64,000 bases of DNA from an uncultured Chlorobiaceae bacterium (GTDB taxonomy: Bacteria; Bacteroidota; Ignavibacteria; UBA10030; SZUA-254): the NCBI GenBank assembly GCA_964512655.1, contig CAZEJT010000001.1, positions 13,863 to 77,862 on the forward strand, in the 5' to 3' direction. The position numbers and the translations under genes were made by a program. This document shows, piece by piece, positions 1 through 7,774 of this stretch (its first letter is position 1; each line of letters begins with the position of its first letter). Under the pieces are notes generated by a model. The model ran no database searches, was not told the DNA's origin, and saw nothing but the letters and a program-made list of their open reading frames with translations.

Positions 1-921
1 TGTCCTGATGACCTTGTCGTTCTTGACGACGAAATAGGCGCGGCTTGCGATGTCTTTCCGGAGCGAATAATCCACCCAGTAGGCCTTCGCCCCGTCGATG
101 GTGGTTTGGCCGGATGTCTTCGACTTATATTTCCCTTTGTTCTGTTCCCACACCTTGTCGACGGTGAGCTTCTTCGCTCCAAAGACGTCGATATGCATGC
201 TGCAATCGAGCCTGTCGGCTCGCATCTCGACGACGTAGTCTTTTCCTTCCTTGTCGCGCGCGGTCAGCGGCACGATCCCGAGGTTGTCGGGATACTGCAT
301 GGTGAAATAGTCCGAGTTTCCGAGCGTCTCCATGTTTCCGGAAGGAGTCCAGACGTCGGGTTTCTGGGCGACGACGACCGGCATCTCGAACGATTTCTGC
401 ATCGCGTCGAACACGGCCTGATGCGCGGCGAACTGATCTCCGTAGCCCTCGAATTCGAGCTTGTAGACGGCCGTGTCTCCGGGGACGAAGATATCGTACC
501 CCGAGATGTTCGTCTTTGTCGTGGCCTTGATGAGGTACGGGATCTTCGGGGCCTGCTTCCCTCCCGCCGTCGCCTGCTCGTCGGGACTGAGCTCCATATT
601 GGCCTGCTTCATGTCGTCCTTGGCCGACTGGACGATCTGGTCGAGCGTTTTCCCCATGTAGCGGATCACTTCCACGGTCACCGCGCCGCCGGGCTCGCCT
701 GAAGTCGGGTCGAGGAACCTGTTCAGGACTTCCTGCGATTTCGCGAACACTGCCTTTCCAGTCGTCCCGAACTGCTTCCATTCCTGCGGATACTGGATCT
801 TGAATCCGTACCCCGGGTCGCGGTACTCGTTCATCTGCCCGACAGGAACCGGCTGAGTCTTTTTCTCGCAGGCCTGGAGCAGGAGTAGGAGGATCAAGCA
901 GATCAGATAAGCGTATTTCAT
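1..921 (-). CDS. Putative lipoprotein, N-terminal 307 codons (3' end lies beyond the left window edge)
   Basis: My own translation of the minus strand from ATG 921-919 gives MKYAYLICLILLLLLQACEKKTQPVPVGQMNEYRDPGYGFKIQYPQEWKQF... and stays open to position 1. It has a signal peptide plus lipobox (LLQ-A-C). It is not in the supplied track because there is no stop in the window. Listed ORFs 125..781(-) and 106..702(+) are other frames with Arg/Gly-rich junk composition. Confidence 0.6.
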   Translation of the reverse strand, partial: MKYAYLICLILLLLLQACEKKTQPVPVGQMNEYRDPGYGFKIQYPQEWKQFGTTGKAVFAKSQEVLNRFLDPTSGEPGGAVTVEVIRYMGKTLDQIVQSAKDDMKQANMELSPDEQATAGGKQAPKIPYLIKATTKTNISGYDIFVPGDTAVYKLEFEGYGDQFAAHQAVFDAMQKSFEMPVVVAQKPDVWTPSGNMETLGNSDYFTMQYPDNLGIVPLTARDKEGKDYVVEMRADRLDCSMHIDVFGAKKLTVDKVWEQNKGKYKSKTSGQTTIDGAKAYWVDYSLRKDIASRAYFVVKNDKVIRT

Positions 922-956
922 CGGCGACTCCCTGATGGATGGTGATCGAAGATTGC

Positions 957-2456
957 CTATTTCGGAACTACCGTATCGTACCAAAACTTCTTGCCGCGAA
1001 GGCCGACCTCGTCGACGTGCAGGTGCTTCGCCTCCGTGTACTCTCTGAGTCCGTCGAGGCCGAACTCCCGCCCGAGCCCGCTCTGCTTGTATCCTCCGAA
1101 CGGGGCTTTCTCCGAGAGGAGGTGCCATTCGTTGATCCAGACCGTCCCGGCTCGGAGCCGGCGCGCGACATCCATGGCTTTTTCAGGATCCCGCGACCAG
1201 ACGCCTCCGCCGAGGCCATAAATGCTGTCGTTGGCCATCGCGACCGCATCGTCGGCATTCGCATACGCGATCACCGAGAGGACGGGACCGAAGATCTCGT
1301 CCTGCGCAATCTTCATCGAATTCCTGACCCCGGTGAAAATGGCGGGCTCGACGAAGAAGCCCTTCCCGAGAGCCGGGTCCGTCGGGGGGATGCCTCCCGT
1401 GGCCAGTTTCGCTCCTTCGTCCAGACCGCTCTTCACATACCCCAGCACCCTTTGCCGCTGGCGCTCCGAGATGAGGGGTCCCATGTCCGTTCCAGCATCC
1501 ATCGGATCGCCCAGTCTGATCTTTTTGGTCTTCTCCACCATCCGGTCAGTGAAGTCCTGGCGGAGTATTTCGGGGAGAAAGAGCCGAGATCCGGCCTCGC
1601 AGCACTGTCCCTGGTGGTAAAAAATCGCATAGAGGGCGCCGTCGACGGCAAGGTCCAGATCCGCGTCGTCGAGGACGATGTTCGCCGATTTGCCCCCGCA
1701 CTCGAGCGTACACTTCTTCAGAGTCGCAGCCGCGAGACTCATGACTCGCTTCCCAATCGCCGTCGATCCGGTGAACGAGACCTTGTCTACGAGCGGATGT
1801 TTCGCAAGAGCCTCGCCCGCCTCCTCCCCGAAACCGGGAACGACGTTGACAACGCCGGGCGGGAAGCCGGTTTTCTGAATGAGCCGAGCGAGCTCCATCG
1901 CTGTCACCGGAGTGAGCTCGGATGGCTTCAGGACGACGGTGTTGCCGGCTGCAAGGGCGGGCCCGAGCTTCCAGATGGCCATCTTAAGAGGGAAGTTCCA
2001 CGGGATGATCGCTCCAACGACCCCGATCGGCTCCCTCACAATGCTGTTGCGGCTAAAGCCCGGCTTCGAAAGTCCCTCGATCTGCTCCGTGAAGTCGGAG
2101 GCCGCGAGCTTCGAGAAGTAATTCAGGGCACGGGCGCTCAGGAAGACGTCCTCTTTTGCCTTCCGGATCGTGGATCCCGAATCCAGCACCTCGAGCTCCT
2201 CGAGCAGGCCCTTGGACTCGTTGATCGAGTCCGTAAGGCTTTTAAGCAGCGCGCTCCGTTCCGCGTTCGGCATGCTTCTCCAGGGACCTTTGTCGAAGGC
2301 GGTTCTTGCCGCGGTCACGGCTTTGTTGACGTCATCCGGGCTGGCGCGCGCAACGCTCGCCACCACCTCGCCGTTGAACGGGTTGATCGATTCGAACCGC
2401 TCTTTAGAGGCCGACTCGACGAATTCGCCGCCGATATAGAGGAGGTACTCTCGCAA
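957..2456 (-). CDS. NAD(P)+-dependent aldehyde dehydrogenase
   Basis: 499 aa with ALDH hallmarks: WNFPLKMAIWKLGPALAAGNTVVLKPSE, catalytic Glu in LECGGKSANIV, catalytic Cys in HQGQCCEAGSRLF, and C-terminal PFGGYKQSGLGRE. The start codon is TTG (2456-2454). Confidence 0.9.
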   Translation of the reverse strand: MREYLLYIGGEFVESASKERFESINPFNGEVVASVARASPDDVNKAVTAARTAFDKGPWRSMPNAERSALLKSLTDSINESKGLLEELEVLDSGSTIRKAKEDVFLSARALNYFSKLAASDFTEQIEGLSKPGFSRNSIVREPIGVVGAIIPWNFPLKMAIWKLGPALAAGNTVVLKPSELTPVTAMELARLIQKTGFPPGVVNVVPGFGEEAGEALAKHPLVDKVSFTGSTAIGKRVMSLAAATLKKCTLECGGKSANIVLDDADLDLAVDGALYAIFYHQGQCCEAGSRLFLPEILRQDFTDRMVEKTKKIRLGDPMDAGTDMGPLISERQRQRVLGYVKSGLDEGAKLATGGIPPTDPALGKGFFVEPAIFTGVRNSMKIAQDEIFGPVLSVIAYANADDAVAMANDSIYGLGGGVWSRDPEKAMDVARRLRAGTVWINEWHLLSEKAPFGGYKQSGLGREFGLDGLREYTEAKHLHVDEVGLRGKKFWYDTVVPK

Positions 2457-2459
2457 ATC

Positions 2460-2939
2460 CTATTGGGCTCCGAGCCGGCCGATGACGGTGAGGTAAAGAA
2501 TGACGAGGAGAAGGAGGGGCATGACCACATAAGAGAGGGTGATCTGGCGATCGAGAGACTGGAGCATTTCTGGTGCAAAGGGGGGTGCGTTTCCGGCGAC
2601 CATCTTCTGGACAAGAGTTCCTCGCGCCCTGGATTTGATCCCGAAGAGGATGCCGCTAATCACGGCGAGCGCGAAGAAGATGATCTTCGCCGTAAGCCAG
2701 CCCAGGGTAAGGAGCCCCACGCCGATCTGCCGCATGTTTTCGATGCCGGTTGCGAGTAGTATAAGCACCGCCACAGGGCTGAGAAGACCGATCGGCCTCA
2801 TCGCCTGAAGGACGACAGCTTTCGCGGGCAGATCTTTGGCTTTCCGGTACTGCAGATGAAGGATGATGCCCGCGACCGTAGTTGTCGCAAGGAGGCCAAA
2901 GCCGACCAGATGGAGGAGGAGGTTGAGTTCGTGAAGCAC
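2460..2939 (-). CDS. Small integral membrane protein (about 4 TM helices), function unknown
   Basis: 159 aa with four hydrophobic segments (e.g. LLLHLVGFGLLATTTVAGIIL, LGWLTAKIIFFALAVISGILF, VVMPLLLLVILYLTVI). Its TAG stop is one codon upstream of the ALDH start, implying co-transcription. Confidence 0.55.
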   Translation of the reverse strand: MLHELNLLLHLVGFGLLATTTVAGIILHLQYRKAKDLPAKAVVLQAMRPIGLLSPVAVLILLATGIENMRQIGVGLLTLGWLTAKIIFFALAVISGILFGIKSRARGTLVQKMVAGNAPPFAPEMLQSLDRQITLSYVVMPLLLLVILYLTVIGRLGAQ

Positions 2940-3041
2940 GGTTGTACGCTTTTCAGAGACGCCGGGTTACCCCGCCGAAGGGGTGCAAGATAGTAAATGT
3001 TTTCGAGAGTCTCAAGGAAAGCGATGCGGCCCTCTGCCATT

Positions 3042-3109
3042 GACGCGGGCTGAAGCCCGGGGCTACCGATCCGATGATTCAGCCGACGCGGGCTGAAGCC
3101 CGCGGCTAC
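3042..3109 (-). repeat. Two REP-like palindromic elements (GTAG-head family), 3042-3066 and 3085-3109
   Basis: Plus strand reads GACGCGGGCTGAAGCCCG(G/C)GGCTAC twice, 18 nt apart. Each has a stem CGCGGGCT/AGCCCGCG, loop GA and tail CTAC (GTAG on the minus strand). They lie in a divergent intergenic spacer. Confidence 0.8.
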
Positions 3110-3193
3110 AAAAGGAGAGGACGTCGTTCCTGCTGTAGCCTCGAGACGCCCCGTTCTTGCTTGCCTCGCCGTTTTTGCCTATGATACCTCCCG

Positions 3194-3982
3194 GTGAATC
3201 CTCCTGATGCGAAGAACGCCGACGCGGTCGTCGAAGAACTCATCGCTTCGCGATGGCGCGACACTACGCTCGATCTCGATGTGTTCGGGAACCGAGTCTC
3301 CTCGGGACAATACCGAAAGGTCTACGCGGCCGCTCTCAGGTATCTGCCCAAGGGAGCCAGCGTCCTCGATTGGGGATGCGGGAACGGGCATTTCTCATAT
3401 TTTCTCCTGCGAACGGGATTCCGGACGACGGGATTCTCCTTCCTGGAACGCCCCCGTCTCCTGCATCGCTACGGCGACAGGTTCTGCTTCGTCCAGGGGT
3501 CTGAGGCAGAGCCATCGGCTCTCCCGTTTGAGCCGGAATCATTCGACGCAGTCGTGAGCATGGGTGTATTGGAGCATGTCCGGGAAACAGGAGGGACAGA
3601 GGAGTCGAGCCTGTCGGAGATCTGCCGCATACTCAAACCGGGAGGTGTCTTTATCTGCGCGCACTTCCCCAACCGGAAGAGCTGGATAGAGTTTTTTACG
3701 CGACATCTTTTCCCGTCGAAGTTCCATCACCGCTATCGGTTTACTCCTGGAGATATCCGCAGGCTCTGGGAAAACGCCGGTTTCGACGTGCGGCTCGTGA
3801 TCCGCTATGCCTGGCTTCCCCGAAACTTCACGTGCGGGTTCAAGTCGCCCCTTATGAATTCAGCTCTCTCGGTCCTGACATACGAATTGATCGAAGGCGT
3901 CGCAAAAGCGACCCTCTACCCTTTCCACCAGAATTTCCTGATCGTCGCTTCGAAACCGGGCCCCGAGCCAAGAGCCACATAG
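3194..3982 (+). CDS. Class I SAM-dependent methyltransferase
   Basis: 262 aa with motif I VLDWGCGNGHFSYFL, acidic loop and ILKPGGVFI. GTG start; there is no in-frame ATG nearby. Confidence 0.8.
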   Translation: MNPPDAKNADAVVEELIASRWRDTTLDLDVFGNRVSSGQYRKVYAAALRYLPKGASVLDWGCGNGHFSYFLLRTGFRTTGFSFLERPRLLHRYGDRFCFVQGSEAEPSALPFEPESFDAVVSMGVLEHVRETGGTEESSLSEICRILKPGGVFICAHFPNRKSWIEFFTRHLFPSKFHHRYRFTPGDIRRLWENAGFDVRLVIRYAWLPRNFTCGFKSPLMNSALSVLTYELIEGVAKATLYPFHQNFLIVASKPGPEPRAT

Positions 3983-4018
3983 CCGATCCGGCCTTCAATC
4001 ACCTTCTGTGAGGACGTC

Positions 4019-4531
4019 ATGGTAAGCCAGATGAAATGGTTTGAGCGCTCGTTCAATGTGAAGATTCCCGCGGGGGTATTCCCCTGCATCATCGAACGGT
4101 TGCGCGGCGCCCCTGCGCGCCTCGAGGAGCTGACGAGGACCCTCTCTCCCGCCGACCTCACGCGAAAACCCGGGGGAGCATGGTCCATCCAGGAGCATGC
4201 GGGACATCTCCTCGACCTCTCCGAGCTCGACGAGTCGCGCCTCGCCGATTATGCCGCCGGGAGGCCGATTCTGACAATCGCCGACCTCCGGAACCGAAAA
4301 ACCGCCGAAGCAAAACACAACGAGCGGTCCGTGAAAGCGATCCTCGGCGAGTTCCGCGCCGCGCGCCAGGAGTTCGTCCGCAAGCTCGAGGGGCTGGCCG
4401 AGGAAGAGGTCGTGCGCACGTCGGAACATCCGCGGCTCCGCGTGAAGATGAGCCTGGCCGAGTGGTGCCATTTCGTCGCCGAGCACGACGACCACCACCT
4501 CGCCCGCATCAGCAGCATCTCTTCTGCTTGA
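4019..4531 (+). CDS. DinB-family (DinB_2-like) metal-dependent protein
   Basis: 170 aa with a helical-bundle pattern and conserved His positions (WSIQEHAGHLLD ... WCHFVAEHDDHHLARI). Confidence 0.75.
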   Translation: MVSQMKWFERSFNVKIPAGVFPCIIERLRGAPARLEELTRTLSPADLTRKPGGAWSIQEHAGHLLDLSELDESRLADYAAGRPILTIADLRNRKTAEAKHNERSVKAILGEFRAARQEFVRKLEGLAEEEVVRTSEHPRLRVKMSLAEWCHFVAEHDDHHLARISSISSA

Positions 4532-4567
4532 GATTACGGCCCGCTTTTCCTATATTTCCGGCAACAG

Positions 4568-5383
4568 ATGACTTCAACGCCCGAACAAGCCAAGCCGATC
4601 GGCGTGTTCGACTCCGGCATCGGCGGTCTTACGGTTGTGAAGGCGCTGATGAAGCGTCTCCCCCACGAGAATATCGTCTACTTCGGCGACACGGCGCGCG
4701 TACCTTACGGCTCGAAATCAGCGCAGGTCGTGAGGGAATATGCCGCGCAGGACACGCAGTTTCTGGCAGGGCACGGCGTCAAGATGATCGTGGTCGCCTG
4801 CAACACCGTTTCTTCAGTGGCCCTCGAAATCGTGCAGAAACACGCGAAGGTCCATGTGGTCGGGGTGATCGTTCCGGGAGCGAAGGCGGCGGTGAGGGCG
4901 ACGAAGAGCAAGCGCATCGGGGTGATCGGAACCATCGGCACGATCGCAAGCGGCGCATATATGAATGCGATCCGTCAGCTTGACCCTGAGATGTCAGTTG
5001 TGGGCCAGGCATGCCCCCTCTTCGTGCCGCTTGCCGAAGAAGGGTGGATCGAACAGAAGGCCACGGAGCTCATCGCGCGGGAGTATCTCTTCCCGCTGAA
5101 GCTGCAGAAGATTGACACTCTTGTTCTCGGCTGCACGCACTATCCGATCCTGCGGAGCGCCATCGAACGCGTCTTTGACGGAACCGCCGAATTGATCGAC
5201 TCGGGAGAGGCCACCTCCCTCGAAGTGGAAGAGGCACTCGACCGTATCTCGCTCAGGAACCCGAGCAGTCAGAAAGCCAACGTTCAGTTCTACGTCAGCG
5301 ACATTCCTTACCGGTTTACCGAGGTGGGTGAACGCTTTCTCGGCCAGACGCTGGGGAGAGTGAGGAAAGCCGAAGGATTTTGA
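4568..5383 (+). CDS. murI: Glutamate racemase
   Basis: 271 aa with signatures IGVFDSGIGGLTV, YFGDTARVPYG, VVACNTVSS and LVLGCTHYP (two catalytic Cys). Confidence 0.93.
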   Translation: MTSTPEQAKPIGVFDSGIGGLTVVKALMKRLPHENIVYFGDTARVPYGSKSAQVVREYAAQDTQFLAGHGVKMIVVACNTVSSVALEIVQKHAKVHVVGVIVPGAKAAVRATKSKRIGVIGTIGTIASGAYMNAIRQLDPEMSVVGQACPLFVPLAEEGWIEQKATELIAREYLFPLKLQKIDTLVLGCTHYPILRSAIERVFDGTAELIDSGEATSLEVEEALDRISLRNPSSQKANVQFYVSDIPYRFTEVGERFLGQTLGRVRKAEGF

Positions 5384-5416
5384 AATAATTTCCGGACATC
5401 AATCACAGGAGAACCA

Positions 5417-6103
5417 ATGACATCCGCCGAACAATTCCTGAAAGAACTCGACGCCGCAGTGGAGGAGAACAAGATGCTCCGCCATCCGTTTTACCAGACG
5501 TGGAGCGCCGGCATGCTGTCGCGCGACGCCCTCTGCGGCTACGTGAAGCAGTATTATCATTTCGTACAGGTGTTTCCGACGCTCATCAGCGCGACGCACG
5601 CGAACACGCCCCGTTTGGAAACCCGCCAGGTCCTCCTGGAGAATCTGATGGAGGAAGAGCGGGGTCCGGGAAATCATCCCGGTCTCTGGGCGCGGTTCTG
5701 CGAGTCGCTGGGAGTTTCTCCCGAGGAAGCGGCAGACGCCGATCTTCTTCCGGAAACAGAGAACGCGCTGGAAGAGCTCCGCTCGCTCACGCGCGCATCA
5801 TCCTACCTGGAGGGAGTTGCCGCGCTCTATGCGTACGAATCGCAGATTCCGGAAGTGGCCGGCGTAAAGATCGACGGTTTGAAGCGCTTCTATGGGATTG
5901 CCGATCCCGGAGCACTTGAGTTCTTCACGGTGCACCAGGAAGCCGACGTTGAGCACTCGAATTCCGAGCGCGCGATCCTCGCAGAGCACGCGATCGATCC
6001 CGCTGATCGCCGTTCGTGCATCGAAGCCGCGCGCAGATCGTCGAGGGCTCTCTGGAAACTCCTCGACGGGGTGCAGCGCGCCTACGTTGGCAGCCGGAAC
6101 TAA
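5417..6103 (+). CDS. CADD-like / PqqC-family di-metal oxygenase (candidate self-sacrificing p-aminobenzoate synthase)
   Basis: 228 aa, collinear with my recollection of Chlamydia CADD (CT610). Matching segments are NKMLRHPFYQTWSAG, KQYYHFVQVFP, LLENLMEEERGPGNHPGLW, AALYAYESQIPEV and FFTVHQEADVEHS (ExxH-type metal ligands). Confidence 0.8.
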   Translation: MTSAEQFLKELDAAVEENKMLRHPFYQTWSAGMLSRDALCGYVKQYYHFVQVFPTLISATHANTPRLETRQVLLENLMEEERGPGNHPGLWARFCESLGVSPEEAADADLLPETENALEELRSLTRASSYLEGVAALYAYESQIPEVAGVKIDGLKRFYGIADPGALEFFTVHQEADVEHSNSERAILAEHAIDPADRRSCIEAARRSSRALWKLLDGVQRAYVGSRN

Positions 6104-6166
6104 AGGCCGCGGCGCCCGCGTCCGGTCATCCGGGCGAGCCGCCGTACCACAAACCAAGGAGGGTCC

Positions 6167-6442
6167 ATGCCTCTTCTCAATGAGGGCGAAATTGCAGGAG
6201 AGCTCAAGCAGCTGAAAGGGTGGAGGCTTGCCGGTAACGAAATCCGGAAAGAGCTCGAGCTGAAGGACTTTGTCCACGCCATCGGTTTCGTCAATTCGGT
6301 GGCGCTCCTGGCGGAGCGCGCCAACCACCACCCCGACATCGACATCCGATGGAACCGCTGCACTCTCGCGCTGAGCACGCACAGCGCCGGCGGCCTGACG
6401 GAGAAGGATTTTCAGCTCGCAAAGCAAATCGACTCGTTGTGA
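6167..6442 (+). CDS. phhB: 4a-hydroxytetrahydrobiopterin (pterin-4a-carbinolamine) dehydratase
   Basis: 91 aa with the PCD core [38 protein letters not shown]. An AAGGAGG Shine-Dalgarno lies about 6 nt upstream of the ATG. Confidence 0.85.
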   Translation: MPLLNEGEIAGELKQLKGWRLAGNEIRKELELKDFVHAIGFVNSVALLAERANHHPDIDIRWNRCTLALSTHSAGGLTEKDFQLAKQIDSL

Positions 6443-7032
6443 CGCAGGAAGAAGCCGCCGCGTTATTCCGGGAAACGGGCGCCCTGCTGGAAGGTCACTT
6501 TGTTCTCACCTCCGGGCTGCACAGCCCGAAGTATGTTCAATGCGCGAAGGTCCTGCAGTACCCGGGGCGAGCTGGGCGCCTCTGCGGAGAGATCGCGGCG
6601 CACTTTCGGTCCGCGCGGGTCGATGCGGTGATCTCGCCGGCCCTCGGCGGGATCGTGGTGGGGCAGGAGGTCGGACGCCAGCTCGACGTTCGCACGATGT
6701 TTGCGGAACGGCAGGATGGAGCGCTGCGGCTTCGAAGAGGATTTGAGATCCGGCCCGGGGAGCGCGTCCTGGTCTGCGAAGACGTGATCACGACCGGCGG
6801 TTCCGTGCGAGAGACGGTGGAGATCGTGAAGACATCCGGCGGGGTACTTGCCGGCATCGGCGCAGTCGTCGACCGGAGCGGAGGGCGTTCCGGCCTTCCG
6901 AAGCTCTACGCACCTCTCATCCTCGATGAAATCACCTATGAGGCCGCCGCATGCCCCCTGTGCAAGGCGGGAGTGCCTGTCCAGAAGCCGGGAAGCCGCC
7001 CCGTCGAATTGTCCCCATTGAAAAACCGGTGA
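6439..7032 (+). CDS. pyrE: Orotate phosphoribosyltransferase
   Basis: About 197 aa from GTG 6439, which overlaps the phhB stop as GTGA. PRPP loop [17 protein letters not shown] and [12 protein letters not shown] are present. The track start at 6349 is an upstream extension overlapping phhB. Confidence 0.9.
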   Translation: MTQEEAAALFRETGALLEGHFVLTSGLHSPKYVQCAKVLQYPGRAGRLCGEIAAHFRSARVDAVISPALGGIVVGQEVGRQLDVRTMFAERQDGALRLRRGFEIRPGERVLVCEDVITTGGSVRETVEIVKTSGGVLAGIGAVVDRSGGRSGLPKLYAPLILDEITYEAAACPLCKAGVPVQKPGSRPVELSPLKNR

Positions 7033-7568
7033 ACCTCAGGCTGATCAAACGTAACAGGCTGTATGAGGGAAGAGTGTTCAACGTCATCGTCGATGACGTC
7101 GAATATCCTTCCGGCAAGAAGTCGATCCGGGAGGTCGCCGAGCACCACGGTGGAGCGGTGGCACTGGCCATGTTCCCCGACCGCAGCATCGTTCTCGTCC
7201 ATCAGCACCGGTACCCTTTCAACGAGTTCCTGTGGGAGCTTCCCGCCGGGAAGCTGAATCCGGGCGAAGACCCCCTCCACGGCGCGACCCGCGAACTGGA
7301 GGAAGAGACGGGCTACAGGGCCTCTTCGTGGGAGAAGCTGACATCGATCTATACGAGCCCCGGGTTCTGCAGCGAGGTTCTGCACATTTTCATGGCGCGA
7401 GGACTCTCGGAACCGGGAGAGCGAAAGCTCGAAGAAGGAGAGGCGACGATGACCATGCGGATATTTCCGATCGCGGAGGTGATCGGGATGATCGAGCGCG
7501 GCGAGATCAAGGACGCCAAGACCATCTGCGGCACGCTCCTGGCCGACCGGAGAACCAGGAAGGAGTAA
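7029..7568 (+). CDS. NUDIX hydrolase (ADP-ribose pyrophosphatase-like)
   Basis: Nudix box [23 protein letters not shown]. The probable GTG start at 7029 overlaps the pyrE stop (GTGA). The track start at 6951 overlaps pyrE. Confidence 0.85.
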   Translation: MNLRLIKRNRLYEGRVFNVIVDDVEYPSGKKSIREVAEHHGGAVALAMFPDRSIVLVHQHRYPFNEFLWELPAGKLNPGEDPLHGATRELEEETGYRASSWEKLTSIYTSPGFCSEVLHIFMARGLSEPGERKLEEGEATMTMRIFPIAEVIGMIERGEIKDAKTICGTLLADRRTRKE

Positions 7569-7572
7569 GGCA

Positions 7573-7761
7573 ATGACCGACGGAGCATACCAAGGAGAAC
7601 CGAAGGCGCGGGCGTACCGGGTGGATCTGAAGCGGTGCGTCGTTCATGATTGCGACGGCGAGCTCGCCGAGCTTTCGTACTATGAGCGGAACAACTGGGT
7701 GACGGTGGAGTTTCAGTGCAACCGGTGCAGGAGGAGATTCGTGGTAAAGGTCGAGCTCTGA
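7573..7761 (+). CDS. Small zinc-ribbon-like protein, function unknown
   Basis: 62 aa with two Cys pairs (CVVHDC ... CNRC). AGGAAGGAG lies upstream. It fits exactly in the gap between the NUDIX gene and deoA on the same strand. Confidence 0.45.
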   Translation: MTDGAYQGEPKARAYRVDLKRCVVHDCDGELAELSYYERNNWVTVEFQCNRCRRRFVVKVEL

Positions 7762-7774
7762 AGAGCTTCTCCGC

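Noticed and set aside
2460-2462. Programmed read-through or recoding of the in-frame TAG to fuse the membrane protein to the ALDH
   Set aside because: There is no supporting signal such as a downstream structure or Pyl/Sec machinery. A TTG reinitiation start explains the arrangement more simply. It is kept only as a low-interest check.
939-2759. 606-aa plus-strand ORF, the longest ORF in the first 3 kb
   Set aside because: It lies antisense to a full-length aldehyde dehydrogenase with all catalytic motifs. Its own translation is Arg/Glu/Asp/Gly/Pro-rich with no motif, typical of a shadow ORF in high-GC DNA.
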